A DNA stretch of 64,000 bases from contig CAWFFN010000012.1 of NCBI GenBank assembly GCA_963815115.1, positions 96,001 through 160,000 on the forward strand. The letters run 5' to 3'. Below, piece by piece: positions 30,029 through 45,336 of this stretch; position 1 is the stretch's first letter, and the number at the start of each line of letters is the position of its first letter. The notes under the pieces are model-generated. The model ran no database searches. It was given only the letters and a program-made list of their open reading frames with translations, and was not told the origin of the DNA. The DNA is from an uncultured delta proteobacterium. Its GTDB lineage: Bacteria > Desulfobacterota > Binatia > DP-6. The translations under genes and the position numbers were made by a program.

Positions 30029-30211
30029 CCCGGGAAGGCCCGGCGGCGGAAAAAGCCGTTCGCCTCCCCTTGACGCCGAGGCGGAACGATCTTATGTGCG
30101 CGGCGCGCGAGCTCCGGGGCGATTGCCACGCGCTGCTCCGCCAATTCACAAACCAACTTTTTCGATGTGCCCGGGAGCCTGATGGAGCTTCCCGGGAGGG
30201 AGGTTTCAGTC

Positions 30212-30511
30212 ATGGCTACCCGGATTCGACCGCTGGCCGACCGCCTGATCGTCAAGCGACTCGAGGAGCAGGAGCAGAAGAGCGTCGGCGGCATCATCAT
30301 CCCGGATACCGCGAAGGAGAAGCCCCAGGAGGGCAAGGTCGTCGCCGTGGGCAAGGGGAAGATGAACGAGGATGGCAAGGTCATTCCCCTCGACGTGAAG
30401 GCGGGCGACCGCATCCTGTTCGGCAAGTATTCGGGGTCGGAGATCAAGATCGACGGCGAGGAGCACCTCATCCTGCGTGAGGAAGACGTCCTCGGCATCG
30501 TCGAGGCCTGA
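30212..30511 (+). CDS. groES: Co-chaperonin GroES
   Basis: [41 protein letters not shown]; GGAGG RBS. Confidence 0.98.
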   Translation: MATRIRPLADRLIVKRLEEQEQKSVGGIIIPDTAKEKPQEGKVVAVGKGKMNEDGKVIPLDVKAGDRILFGKYSGSEIKIDGEEHLILREEDVLGIVEA

Positions 30512-30521
30512 AGAAGCGTAG

Positions 30522-32165
<1,644 letters not shown>

Positions 32166-32196
32166 CCCGGCTTCGAACGCGGACGAGTGATCAATC

Positions 32197-32233
32197 GAGC
32201 GGGGCGTCACCGGCGGACGGTGGCGCCCCGCTC
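32197..32233 (+). terminator. Strong hairpin downstream of groEL
   Basis: GAGCGGGGCGTCACCG-GCGGA-CGGTGGCGCCCCGCTC, a 16-bp stem with one G-U pair; no U-tract. Confidence 0.6.
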
Positions 32234-32352
32234 TGCCATGGGGCAGCCATACGACTCCGCCCGCTGCGTCGGCGGCGGCCGAGCGGAGCGCTTCCCAGCC
32301 GGCGCGCGGCCGTCGTATAGAGCGGACCGACCCCACGCACGGAGGATATGCG

Positions 32353-33864
32353 ATGACCACCGCCGCCAGCGCGCCCGACGCGCCCGCCCCGCGCCGCTAT
32401 CAGCTCTTCATCAACGGCAAGTTCGTCGACGCCCGATCGGGCAAGACGTTCGAGACCATCTTCCCGCACGATCGCTCGGTGCAGGCGGTGGTCGCCGAGG
32501 GCGACAAGGCCGACGTCGACGACGCCGTCGCCGCGGCCCGCGCCGCCTACGACGGCGGCTGGGGCACGATGCTGCCGAGCGAGCGCACGCGGCTGCTGCT
32601 GCGCATGGCCGATCTCATCGAGGAGCGGGCCCAGGAGCTGGCGCACCTGGAGACGCTCGACGTCGGCATGCCGGCGTTCCTGGCGACCGGCATGGTGATG
32701 TCGGCGGCGGACGTCTTCCGCTACTGGGCCGGGTGGGCGTCGAAGATTCACGGCCTCACCAGCCCGTCGATGCAGCCCGGGGAGTTTCTCGGCTACACGC
32801 TCCGCGAGCCCCTCGGTGTCGTGGGCGGCATCACGCCCTGGAACGGTCCCCTCATCATGGCGGCCTGGAAGACGGCGCCGGCCCTCGCCTGCGGCAATGC
32901 GGTGGTGCTCAAGCCTGCCGAGCACACGCCGATGACGGCGATGGAGCTGGCTCGCATCGCGGCCGACGCGGGTCTTCCCGAGGGGGTTCTGAACGTCGTG
33001 CCCGGCTTCGGGCCGACGGCGGGCGCGGCGCTGGCGCAGCATCCGGGCGTCGACAAGATCGCGTTCACCGGCGAGTACGTCACCGGGCGGCTCGTCGTGC
33101 AGATGTCGGTCTCGAACCTGAAGACCGTGACCCTCGAGCTCGGGGGCAAGTCCCCGCACATCATCTTCGACGACGTCGATCTCGACGCCGCCGTGGCCAA
33201 CGCGCTCTTCGGTCTCTACACCAACACCGGACAGATCTGCTCCGCCGGAACGCGCCTGCTGGTGCAGGAGGGCATCTACGAGCGCTTCGTCGAGCGCTTC
33301 GTCGAGCGCTCGCGCAAGATCGCGGTCGGCAATCCGCTCGACTTTGCAACCCGCATGGGACCGCTGGTGTCGGAGGAGCAACTGAACAAGGTCGAGCGAT
33401 ATGTCCAGATCGGGCAGCGTGAGGGGGCGAAGCTGGTCTGCGGGGGAGGCCGTCCCAAGAACCCCGATCTCGCCAACGGGTTCTATCACGAGCCCACGGT
33501 GTTCTCCGACGTGACCAATCGGATGCAGATTGCCCAGGAGGAAATATTCGGCCCGGTCGGCAGCGTGATCCGCTTCCGCGACGAGGAAGACGCGGTACGC
33601 ATCGGTAATGACGTGATTTATGGGCTCGCCGCGGGCGTGCAGACACGCGATGTGAAACGCGCGCACCGCATCGCGAAGCGCCTCCAGGCCGGCACCGTCT
33701 GGATCAATACGTGGCACAAGATAGAGCCGAACTCTCCGTTCGGCGGCTACAAGCTCTCCGGATACGGGCGCGAGAACGGGCCGACGATGATTGAGCACCT
33801 CACGCGCTTGAAGCAGGTCTGGTTGGATCTGAACGAGTTCACGATGGACCTGTTCGCAATGTAA
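32353..33864 (+). CDS. NAD(P)-dependent aldehyde dehydrogenase
   Basis: REPLGVV..ITPWN, LKPAE.TP, FTG, LELGGKSP, GQICSAG (catalytic Cys), EEIFGPV and PFGGYK.SG.GRE. Confidence 0.96.
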   Translation: MTTAASAPDAPAPRRYQLFINGKFVDARSGKTFETIFPHDRSVQAVVAEGDKADVDDAVAAARAAYDGGWGTMLPSERTRLLLRMADLIEERAQELAHLETLDVGMPAFLATGMVMSAADVFRYWAGWASKIHGLTSPSMQPGEFLGYTLREPLGVVGGITPWNGPLIMAAWKTAPALACGNAVVLKPAEHTPMTAMELARIAADAGLPEGVLNVVPGFGPTAGAALAQHPGVDKIAFTGEYVTGRLVVQMSVSNLKTVTLELGGKSPHIIFDDVDLDAAVANALFGLYTNTGQICSAGTRLLVQEGIYERFVERFVERSRKIAVGNPLDFATRMGPLVSEEQLNKVERYVQIGQREGAKLVCGGGRPKNPDLANGFYHEPTVFSDVTNRMQIAQEEIFGPVGSVIRFRDEEDAVRIGNDVIYGLAAGVQTRDVKRAHRIAKRLQAGTVWINTWHKIEPNSPFGGYKLSGYGRENGPTMIEHLTRLKQVWLDLNEFTMDLFAM

Positions 33865-33923
33865 GGTCGCGCCCGCCGTTTTTCTCTTGCATGCGGGGTG
33901 GGAGGCCGTGGTACCTCGCTCCT

Positions 33924-34433
33924 ATGCCCTCTGATCGCTCGGGTCGCCCCGACCCGTTGGCGACCCTCGCCGCGCTCGTGCGCACAGCGCTCGACCTGGC
34001 GTCGGGTCTGGCCGACGATGATCACCTGCCGCGCCTGCTTCGCGTATTCGCTCGCTTCCCGGCGGCGGACCGGCGACCGCTCCTGGCGAAGCTCGAGAGC
34101 GAGGTGCGCGCCCGGCAGCGCAGCGTGGAGCTCGGTGACGGTCGCGTCGGGCCGCCGAACCCGGTCGCCAGTCTCTACGTGCGAATCTACGAGAACGACC
34201 GGCCGCTGCCCGCGGTGACGCGCGATACCCTGCTGCGTTCCACCATCCAGAACGCGGCGCTGATGGCCACCTTTGCGGAGCCCGTCCAGACGGAGGTGCA
34301 GCGGTCGCTCGTCGCCGGCCTGGAGGGGCTGGAGCCGGAGGACGCCGAGGCCCTCGCGCGTCATCACCAGGATCTGCTCGCACTCGCCGCCTGGTGGTCG
34401 CGCACCGAGATGGCCGAGGCCGAGGCCTCGTGA
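33924..34433 (+). CDS. Hypothetical protein (orphan paralogue A)
   Basis: ATG 33924; stop overlaps the next GTG (GTGA); shares motifs with the next gene. Confidence 0.72.
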   Translation: MPSDRSGRPDPLATLAALVRTALDLASGLADDDHLPRLLRVFARFPAADRRPLLAKLESEVRARQRSVELGDGRVGPPNPVASLYVRIYENDRPLPAVTRDTLLRSTIQNAALMATFAEPVQTEVQRSLVAGLEGLEPEDAEALARHHQDLLALAAWWSRTEMAEAEAS

Positions 34434-34930
34434 GTACCCCGACGGTGGCCTCCGCCGACGCAGTTGACGCGCTCTGTACCCTGCTCGATACGGCGCGCGG
34501 CGTCGTCGACGAGCTCAGGCAGGACGGTCTGCTCGACGCGCTCAGCGACGTTCTCGGCTGCATGCTCCCGGAGGATCGCGAGGCGGTTCTGAGGATCCTC
34601 GAGCACGACGCGGGCGGCCGCACCCAGGTGCGCGACCATGTCTGGTCGCGCTTCGTGCTGCGTCCGAATCCCTTTGCGCAGATCTACTCGCGGCCGAAAT
34701 TGCCGAGCCGGCCGCTGGGCATCCGCTACCTCGAGTCGCGGCGGGCGACCGTGGTCGGTGCCCGCCTCGCCCGCTCCATCCCGCCGCCCACGCACGAAGG
34801 ATGGGAGCCGCGAACGGTCGAGATGTGGCGGCAGCTCGATCCCGCCGCGCGTGCGCTCGTCGTCGATACGAGCCGGCGCATTCTGGAAGGTCTCAGGGAG
34901 CACCGCCGCCGCGTCGAGCGACGTTCGTGA
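34430..34930 (+). CDS. Hypothetical protein (orphan paralogue B)
   Basis: GTG at 34430 coupled to the upstream stop; PNPxAxxYxR motif shared with the upstream gene. Confidence 0.72.
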   Translation: MSTPTVASADAVDALCTLLDTARGVVDELRQDGLLDALSDVLGCMLPEDREAVLRILEHDAGGRTQVRDHVWSRFVLRPNPFAQIYSRPKLPSRPLGIRYLESRRATVVGARLARSIPPPTHEGWEPRTVEMWRQLDPAARALVVDTSRRILEGLREHRRRVERRS

Positions 34931-34936
34931 GCCAGC

Positions 34937-35377
34937 GTGCCTTGCGTCGGGCGCCCGCTGCTGCGACGCTGTGAGCGCGTGGTGCTGATACGCGGAGGAC
35001 GGTCCGTCCTGGTGGCCGCCGCCTTGGCCGGTAGCGTCCTGACGGCGCCGTACGCGCTCGCTGCGCCGAACGCCACCCCCGTCCCGGCACCGGTCCCCAT
35101 CGTGCCGGTTCCCGTCCCCGCGCCGAGCTACTGCTGGCTGGACGTCCGGCTCTTCAATACCTTGAGACTCGGCCCCGTTCCCTTCTGTCGCCGCCACCTG
35201 CGCTACCGGCCCGGGGCGCTGGAGTGCTACCAGTTCCTCGATCAGGTCTGCGCCACCTTCGTGCCGAGCAGCGGCTGGGTGCAGAGCCGCAGCTCGATCT
35301 CGACCCAGGTGATCGCCTGTCCCGACGGCCCCGATCCACCGGTCTGCCGCGCGCTCGACATTCCCGCGCTGCCTTGA
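34937..35377 (+). CDS. Small secreted Cys-containing hypothetical protein
   Basis: Signal-like segment (RSVLVAAALAGSVLTAPYALA), PVP linker and 6 Cys in the mature part. Start uncertain (possibly 34979). Confidence 0.62.
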   Translation: MPCVGRPLLRRCERVVLIRGGRSVLVAAALAGSVLTAPYALAAPNATPVPAPVPIVPVPVPAPSYCWLDVRLFNTLRLGPVPFCRRHLRYRPGALECYQFLDQVCATFVPSSGWVQSRSSISTQVIACPDGPDPPVCRALDIPALP

Positions 35378-35402
35378 CGGCTTCGGAGCGCGGGATCATG
35401 CT
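35374..35402 (+). promoter_or_regulatory. Putative sigma-70 promoter for the riboswitch/thiC transcript
   Basis: TTGACG-N17-CATGCT immediately before the riboswitch. Confidence 0.5.
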
Positions 35403-35412
35403 TGCGGAGGAG

Positions 35413-35510
35413 ACGCTGGGGGAGCCGCTCGGACCGGCGGCTGAGAAGGCAGGAGGGGACCTGCCGACCCCTCGAACCTGATCCGGGTCATGCCGGCGGA
35501 GGGAAGCGCG
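35413..35510 (+). ncRNA. TPP riboswitch (THI element)
   Basis: GGGGAGCC...GGCTGAGA...ACCCCTCGAACCTGATCCGGGTCATGCCGGCGGAGGGAAG, directly before thiC ATG 35511. The SD lies inside the aptamer 3' strand. Confidence 0.95.
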
Positions 35511-37162
<1,652 letters not shown>

Positions 37163-37211
37163 GCGGCCGGCCGTTGTCCTCGGTCGCGCGTGGCCGACGA
37201 GGAGGGTCGCC

Positions 37212-38267
37212 GTGACGCTCCGGTCCGACGCCATGCGCGCGCACCCCGGGTTCCCCTGGCTCGAGGGCGGGGATGTGCCGGCGGTCCGTGCCTTCCTGGC
37301 CGCCCGCGGCTGGCTCGAGCCGGACGAGGCCGTGCTCGACTGTACGCGTGCCGGCGAGGGCAACATGAACCTCACGCTGCGGGTGCACACCGATCGACGC
37401 TCGGTGGTGCTCAAGCAGGCGCGCCCGTGGGTGGAGAAGTACGACCACATCGAGGCGCCCTGGGAGCGCAGCCTCTCGGAGCGATGGTTCTACGAGCGCG
37501 TGGCCACGATTCCCGGCGTCGCGGGATCCGTGCCGCGGCTCCTCGCCAGCGATCCGGCCGCCCGCGCCCTGCTGCTCGAGGACCTCCGCGACGCGAGCGA
37601 TCTCACCGGCCTCTACGCCGGCGGGCGCCTGGAGCCGGAGGAGGCGGACCGGCTCGCGCTCGTCCTGCGCGCGCTGCACGACGGTACTGCCGATGACCCG
37701 ATCCGGCCGGACTTCAATCGCTCGATGCGCGCTCTCAACCACGCGCACTGCTTCGTCGTGCCGCTCGATCCCACGAGCGGGCTGCCGCTCGATCGTTTCG
37801 AGCCCGGCCTCGCCGCGGCGGCGGCCGCGCTCGCTCGCGACGCCGGGTTCCGCGCCGTGGCGGCGCGCACCGGCGAGCGCTACCGCACCGTTCTCGGCCC
37901 CCTCGTCCACGGCGACTACTTTCCCGGCAGCTGGCTGCGCTCCGCCGCCGGCATCCGGGTCATCGATCCCGAGTTCTGCTTCCAGGGCGAGCGCGAGATC
38001 GACGTCGGCTGCGCACTCGCCCACCTCGTCCTGGCGCGCCAGGCGCCCCTCGCGGCGCGCCGTTTCCTGGACGCCTACGAGGCGAGGGGCGCGGCGTGTG
38101 ATCTCGCATCGGTGGCGCGCTATGCGGCGATGGAGATCGTGCGTCGCCTGATCGGGGTGGCGCAGCTTCCGATCTCTCCGACGCGGGGCTGGCGTGGCGC
38201 CCTCCTCTCTCGCGCCCGCGAGGCGGCGCTCGGAGGAAGCCTGGCGCCGCTCTGGGGGCCGGCGTGA
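37212..38267 (+). CDS. Methylthioribose kinase-like (APH/choline kinase fold) phosphotransferase
   Basis: AGEGNMNLTLRV, VLKQARPWV, LEDL, LVHGD..PGS and IDPEF; these resemble MtnK motifs. Confidence 0.78.
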   Translation: MTLRSDAMRAHPGFPWLEGGDVPAVRAFLAARGWLEPDEAVLDCTRAGEGNMNLTLRVHTDRRSVVLKQARPWVEKYDHIEAPWERSLSERWFYERVATIPGVAGSVPRLLASDPAARALLLEDLRDASDLTGLYAGGRLEPEEADRLALVLRALHDGTADDPIRPDFNRSMRALNHAHCFVVPLDPTSGLPLDRFEPGLAAAAAALARDAGFRAVAARTGERYRTVLGPLVHGDYFPGSWLRSAAGIRVIDPEFCFQGEREIDVGCALAHLVLARQAPLAARRFLDAYEARGAACDLASVARYAAMEIVRRLIGVAQLPISPTRGWRGALLSRAREAALGGSLAPLWGPA

Positions 38268-39118
38268 CGGCGGCACCGGTGCTCGGGGGCACGCGCTGTG
38301 TCGTCACCGGCGCGAACGCGGGCATCGGCCTGGAGATCGCGACCGCGCTCGCGCGGGACGGAGCGGACGTGACGCTGGTCTGCCGCAGCCCCGAGCGCGG
38401 CGCGGTCGCCGCGGCGGCGATCCGTGACGCGACCGGCAACCGGCGGGTCACGCTGGCGGTCTGCGACCTCGCCGAGCCGCGGGACGTGCGGGCCTGCTGC
38501 GAGACCCTGCGCGCCGCCGACCGCCGCATCGACGTGCTGGTCAACAACGCGGGGGTCTACGCACCCCGGCGGCGCCTGACCCCCGCCGGCCGGGAGCAGA
38601 TGCTCGCGGTGAACCACCTGGGGCCGTTCCTGATGACCAACCTCCTGCTCGATCGCCTCGACGGAGGCCGGGTGATCACCACCTCGTCGGCGGCGCACGC
38701 CATGGCCCGGCTGGATCTGAACGATCTCGACGCCGCCCGCCGCTTCTCGGCCATGCGGCAGTACGGGGTCACGAAGCTCGCCAACATCCTCTTCACGCGC
38801 GAGCTGGCGCGGCGCGGGCGCGATCGCGGCATCGTCGCCACCTGCTTTCATCCCGGCGCCGTCGGCTCCGAGTTCGGACAGGACGACCCCGGATTCCTGA
38901 ACCTCGCAATGCGGCTGGTGAAGCGGTTCCTGCGCACCCCGACGCAGGGCGCCGACACCGGCATCTGGCTGGCCACGGCACCCGAGGCGGGATCGCTGTC
39001 CGGACAGTACGTCGTCGATCGGCGCGTGCGAACGCCGCGAGGTCAGGGGACGGACGATGCCCTGGCCGCCGCGCTGTGGGACGCCAGCGCGCGGCTCGTC
39101 GGCCTGGAAGCCTCGTAG
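38264..39118 (+). CDS. Short-chain dehydrogenase/reductase (retinol-DH-like)
   Basis: TGANAGIG, NNAG, NHLGPF, YGVTK and HPG.V; GTGA overlap with the kinase. Confidence 0.93.
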   Translation: MTAAPVLGGTRCVVTGANAGIGLEIATALARDGADVTLVCRSPERGAVAAAAIRDATGNRRVTLAVCDLAEPRDVRACCETLRAADRRIDVLVNNAGVYAPRRRLTPAGREQMLAVNHLGPFLMTNLLLDRLDGGRVITTSSAAHAMARLDLNDLDAARRFSAMRQYGVTKLANILFTRELARRGRDRGIVATCFHPGAVGSEFGQDDPGFLNLAMRLVKRFLRTPTQGADTGIWLATAPEAGSLSGQYVVDRRVRTPRGQGTDDALAAALWDASARLVGLEAS

Positions 39119-39162
39119 GCTGCCGCGGGGCGGGGCCCGGCGCCGCGAACCACGTCAGCGGT

Positions 39163-39636
39163 TCAGCGAACCGGGCCCGTGCTCTTTCGCAGCAGCAGCT
39201 CCGCGCTGCCCGCGATCAGGAGATCGGGGAACGCTCCCACCTGCAGGTAGCCGTGACGCGAGTAGAAGCGGCGCGCGCCGTGGTTGAAGTCCGACACGCA
39301 CACGAAGAAGTTGCGCGCTCGAGCGAAGACGATCGACTCGAGGTGTGCCAGCAGCGCGGCCCCGAGTCCCCGGCCGCGCGCGCTCGCGGCGACGGCGAAG
39401 AGCTCCAGGTAGTCGCCCGCGAGGAAGCGCGGACGCACCAGCGCGACGCCCGCGACGCTGCCGTCCGCGATCGGAACGAATCCCTCGCGTCCTTCGAGCG
39501 GCGTGGCGAGCACGCGATCCCAGTCTGCCGGGGTGTAGCCGAGGCGGCGCCATGGATCGCTGTCGAGCAGCGCCACCACCGCGGAACGATCGTCCGCCGC
39601 GAAGGGCCGGATGACGACGTCAGCCGCCGCCGGCAT
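39163..39636 (-). CDS. GNAT family N-acetyltransferase
   Basis: FAV...ARGRGLGAALL and N.GARRFYSRHGY. Confidence 0.88.
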   Translation of the reverse strand: MPAAADVVIRPFAADDRSAVVALLDSDPWRRLGYTPADWDRVLATPLEGREGFVPIADGSVAGVALVRPRFLAGDYLELFAVAASARGRGLGAALLAHLESIVFARARNFFVCVSDFNHGARRFYSRHGYLQVGAFPDLLIAGSAELLLRKSTGPVR

Positions 39637-40330
39637 GCCGGCATCCCTGGAGGAGCTGGCTCACGGTGAGCGGCTCGAGCCCGCGCGCGGGCAGCAGCTC
39701 CGTCACCAGGGTCTCGACGACCTGGCGCGTGTGGGCGCCCTTGCCGTTGGCGTGGAAGATGACGATGCTGCCGTCGCGGACGCCGGCGCGCAGCGTGCGC
39801 AGGATGTCGGCGGCGCTGAGGTGTGGGTCGGGGTCGCCAGAGACCACCGACCATTGCACGAGCTTGAGGCCGAGGTCGGCGACCACCTCGAGCGTGCGCT
39901 CGTCGAACTCGCCGTAGGGAGCGCGGACGAGCGTGGGGCTGTAGCCAAACTCGGACTCGAGGAGGTCTACCGGCCCGATGATCTCGTCGCGCTGGGCGGC
40001 TACGGCCAGCTTCGGAAGGTGGCGGTGGAGCATGCCGTGGGTTTCCAGCTCGAAGAGCGGTCGATGCGCCAGCAGCTCGCGCACCTCGTCACCGTGGCGC
40101 TCGATCCAGCGCCCCGAGGCGAAGAACGTCGCCGGGACGTGTCGCTGCTCGAGCAGGGTGATGAGCGCGCGGTCCCATCCCGAGCCCTCGCGCACCGGGC
40201 ACAGGTCGAAGGTCAGCGCGACCTCGTGGCACCCCTCGGGCCCGCGGTTGACGACCGGGGCGAGCGGCATCGCAGCCGACATGCTGGCCGCGAGCGTTGC
40301 GAGGAAGAGGCCGATGAGCGTCCGGCGCAC
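39620..40330 (-). CDS. Secreted polysaccharide deacetylase (CE4/NodB)
   Basis: Signal peptide; VALTFD, ATFF, HG..H, RAPYGE, W.V.SGD, GSIVIFH and TVSQLL. Confidence 0.9.
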   Translation of the reverse strand: MRRTLIGLFLATLAASMSAAMPLAPVVNRGPEGCHEVALTFDLCPVREGSGWDRALITLLEQRHVPATFFASGRWIERHGDEVRELLAHRPLFELETHGMLHRHLPKLAVAAQRDEIIGPVDLLESEFGYSPTLVRAPYGEFDERTLEVVADLGLKLVQWSVVSGDPDPHLSAADILRTLRAGVRDGSIVIFHANGKGAHTRQVVETLVTELLPARGLEPLTVSQLLQGCRHAGGG

Positions 40331-40412
40331 GGGCTCGTGCTATGCCCGAGCGCCCGGGGGGCGTGCAAACGCGGCCGGTTGCTCGGGCATCGCCAGCGTA
40401 TAGAGTTTTCAC

Positions 40413-43103
<2,691 letters not shown>

Positions 43104-43118
43104 ACGCCGTCGGTCGGC

Positions 43119-43856
43119 CTACTGGCAGGCGCAGTCGAACCCGCAGGCGCCGGCTTTCGGAACGCCACCACAGGTCATGCCGGAGGGGCAGGTGCCCCAC
43201 TGACAGAAGTTGCTCGTCAGGCCGCTCAGCCCCGGGTCGCCGCACGGGATGGTGGTGCCGGAGCAGGCACACGTCGTCCCTGTCGTCACGCAGGTCATGC
43301 CCAGCGGACAGAGGGCAGGGGGGCCCCCGCAGATGTTGACGCCGCAATAGAAAGCGGTCGCCGGTGGGCAGGACGACGTGGTGGTGGTCGTCGTGGTCGT
43401 GGAGGTCGGCGCAGGGCAGCTCGGGCCGCCGCCGGGCGATGAACAGGCATCACAACAGCTCGTGCAGGTTCCCGCGATGCCCTGCTTCGCCGTGCAGTGC
43501 GCGGCGTCCTTCTTGATCGTGCACTTCGTTCCCTTACTCGTCGTACGGCAGCAGGTCACGGCCTGCGGCTTGCCGCAAATCGAATGAGACGCGCACTTCT
43601 TGACCGAGCCGGCGCAGCGCCTGTTGGCGAGGACCGTGTTCGCTTGCTGCGCGGCGCAGCTCACGTAGGCGCCGTGGGTCAGCGCGCCCGCGCAATCACA
43701 GTTGGCGGCAATCGCCGCCCGCGCGTTGGCGACGTCGGACTTGTCGGGCTCCGTGGTCGGGTCGCACTTGGCATGGCTGGCGACGGCACTCGCGAGGAGC
43801 GCGAGCAGCGCCATCGGTGCCGCACGGTGAGCTCTCCGGGCGGGCGACTGGACCAT
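43119..43856 (-). CDS. Secreted cysteine-rich protein with a poly-Thr linker
   Basis: AGGAGG RBS; signal peptide; two Cys-rich domains separated by PTSTTTTTTTTSS. Confidence 0.8.
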   Translation of the reverse strand: MVQSPARRAHRAAPMALLALLASAVASHAKCDPTTEPDKSDVANARAAIAANCDCAGALTHGAYVSCAAQQANTVLANRRCAGSVKKCASHSICGKPQAVTCCRTTSKGTKCTIKKDAAHCTAKQGIAGTCTSCCDACSSPGGGPSCPAPTSTTTTTTTTSSCPPATAFYCGVNICGGPPALCPLGMTCVTTGTTCACSGTTIPCGDPGLSGLTSNFCQWGTCPSGMTCGGVPKAGACGFDCACQ

Positions 43857-44040
43857 GTGGCGCCTCCTTCGCCCGCTCGACGGACCGCGGGCCGTTCAGA
43901 CCTACCGTCAGAGTCCCATCGTCGTGCATCCGGCGTCAATCGAAACGGCGCGGTCACGCGTACCCGAGGAGATGTGAGGCGGGACGCTCCGCCGCTTGAC
44001 CCCGCCGTCTTTCTGAAGAAGGACTCGGCCAGGACGCACG

Positions 44041-44820
44041 ATGGCCGTCGATCCACCGCTTCGCGACCTCCTCGCGGTCGCCCAGGAGGCCGCCTGGGTG
44101 GGCGGCCGGCGGACGCTCGCCTACTTCGGCACCGGCACGGCGGCGACGGAGTGGAAGCCGGATCGAACCCCGGTGACGCTCGCCGACCGCGAGGCCGAGG
44201 GACTCATCCGCGGCGTCATCGCGCGCGCGTTCCCGGATCACGCCGTCCTGGGAGAGGAGGAGGGCGAGGCCGCGGGCGTGGCACCGGTGCGCTGGATCGT
44301 GGACCCGCTCGACGGCACGCGTACCTTCCTTCGCGGCGTGCCGCTCTATGGCACGCTCGTCGGCGTCGAGGTGCGCGGCGAGCCGGTGGTGGGGGTAGCC
44401 TATCTGCCCGCGCTCGACGAGATGGTTGCCGCCGCGCGCGGCGGCGGCTGCACCTGGAACGGCCGGCCGTGTCGGGTCTCGGGCGCGCCGCGCCTGGAAG
44501 ACGCGCTGGCGGTGGTCACCGACGAGCGCTCGGCCCGCGCTCGCTCGGGCGCCTGGGATCGGCTCGTCGGCGGCACCGCCATGCAGCGGACGTGGGCCGA
44601 CTGCTACGGCTATGTCCTCGTCGCCACCGGGCGCGCGGAGATCGCGCTCGATCCGGTGGTCAACGTCTGGGACTGCGCGGCGCTGCTCCCGATCGTCGAG
44701 GAGGCCGGCGGGCGGTTCACGGACTGGGCTGGCCGCCGGACCGTCAACGGCGGCGACGCGGTGGCGACGAACGGAGCGCTGCACGACCGGGTGCTGGAGC
44801 TTCTGCGGGACGAGGGCTGA
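44041..44820 (+). CDS. Inositol monophosphatase family protein (HisN-like histidinol-phosphatase)
   Basis: K.D.TPVT.ADREAE, LGEE, WIVDPLDGT..F.RGVP and WD.AA...IVEEAGG. Confidence 0.9.
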   Translation: MAVDPPLRDLLAVAQEAAWVGGRRTLAYFGTGTAATEWKPDRTPVTLADREAEGLIRGVIARAFPDHAVLGEEEGEAAGVAPVRWIVDPLDGTRTFLRGVPLYGTLVGVEVRGEPVVGVAYLPALDEMVAAARGGGCTWNGRPCRVSGAPRLEDALAVVTDERSARARSGAWDRLVGGTAMQRTWADCYGYVLVATGRAEIALDPVVNVWDCAALLPIVEEAGGRFTDWAGRRTVNGGDAVATNGALHDRVLELLRDEG

Positions 44821-44866
44821 TCGGCGGTTTGACGACGTCGGCCGTCATCACCTAGAGAACGCCGCC

Positions 44867-45196
44867 ATGTGGCGGCGACTGCGTGACGCGATGACGGCCG
44901 GGCTGCTCGGTGGATTCATCCTCGTGGAGCCCCCGGTGGCCCCTGACACGAGCGGCAAGTACACGGCGGACACCGCGCGGCCGGTCGTGCAGTGGACCTT
45001 CGTGTCGGCATTCGACAGCCAGGCGAAGTGTGACGACAGGCGCGCCGTGCGTCTCGCCAATGCAGAGTCCGATCTCGGGGTCAGCGCCGAGACCGACCTG
45101 GCGGGCAGCAAGCTCGGCGCCGTCTGGGATGCACGCCGGGCCTCCCGCTGCGTGGCCGACACGGTCTTCTTCCCCGAGAAGGCGGGGAAGCAGTAG
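44867..45196 (+). CDS. Hypothetical protein, possibly exported
   Basis: ATG 44867; 109 aa with typical codon bias; W...SAFDS...C...RCV pattern. Confidence 0.6.
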   Translation: MWRRLRDAMTAGLLGGFILVEPPVAPDTSGKYTADTARPVVQWTFVSAFDSQAKCDDRRAVRLANAESDLGVSAETDLAGSKLGAVWDARRASRCVADTVFFPEKAGKQ

Positions 45197-45336
45197 GTCG
45201 GGCTCGAGGAGTGTTCGACGGCACCGGTCGTCGATCCGCCGGTGTGCCAGAGGGCACGCCCGGGGATTTGCGTGGCGGGCGCCGACGTCCATAGTCGCGT
45301 GCGGTTACGGTTGGGCTGCGCGGCGCCCGCGGGCGA

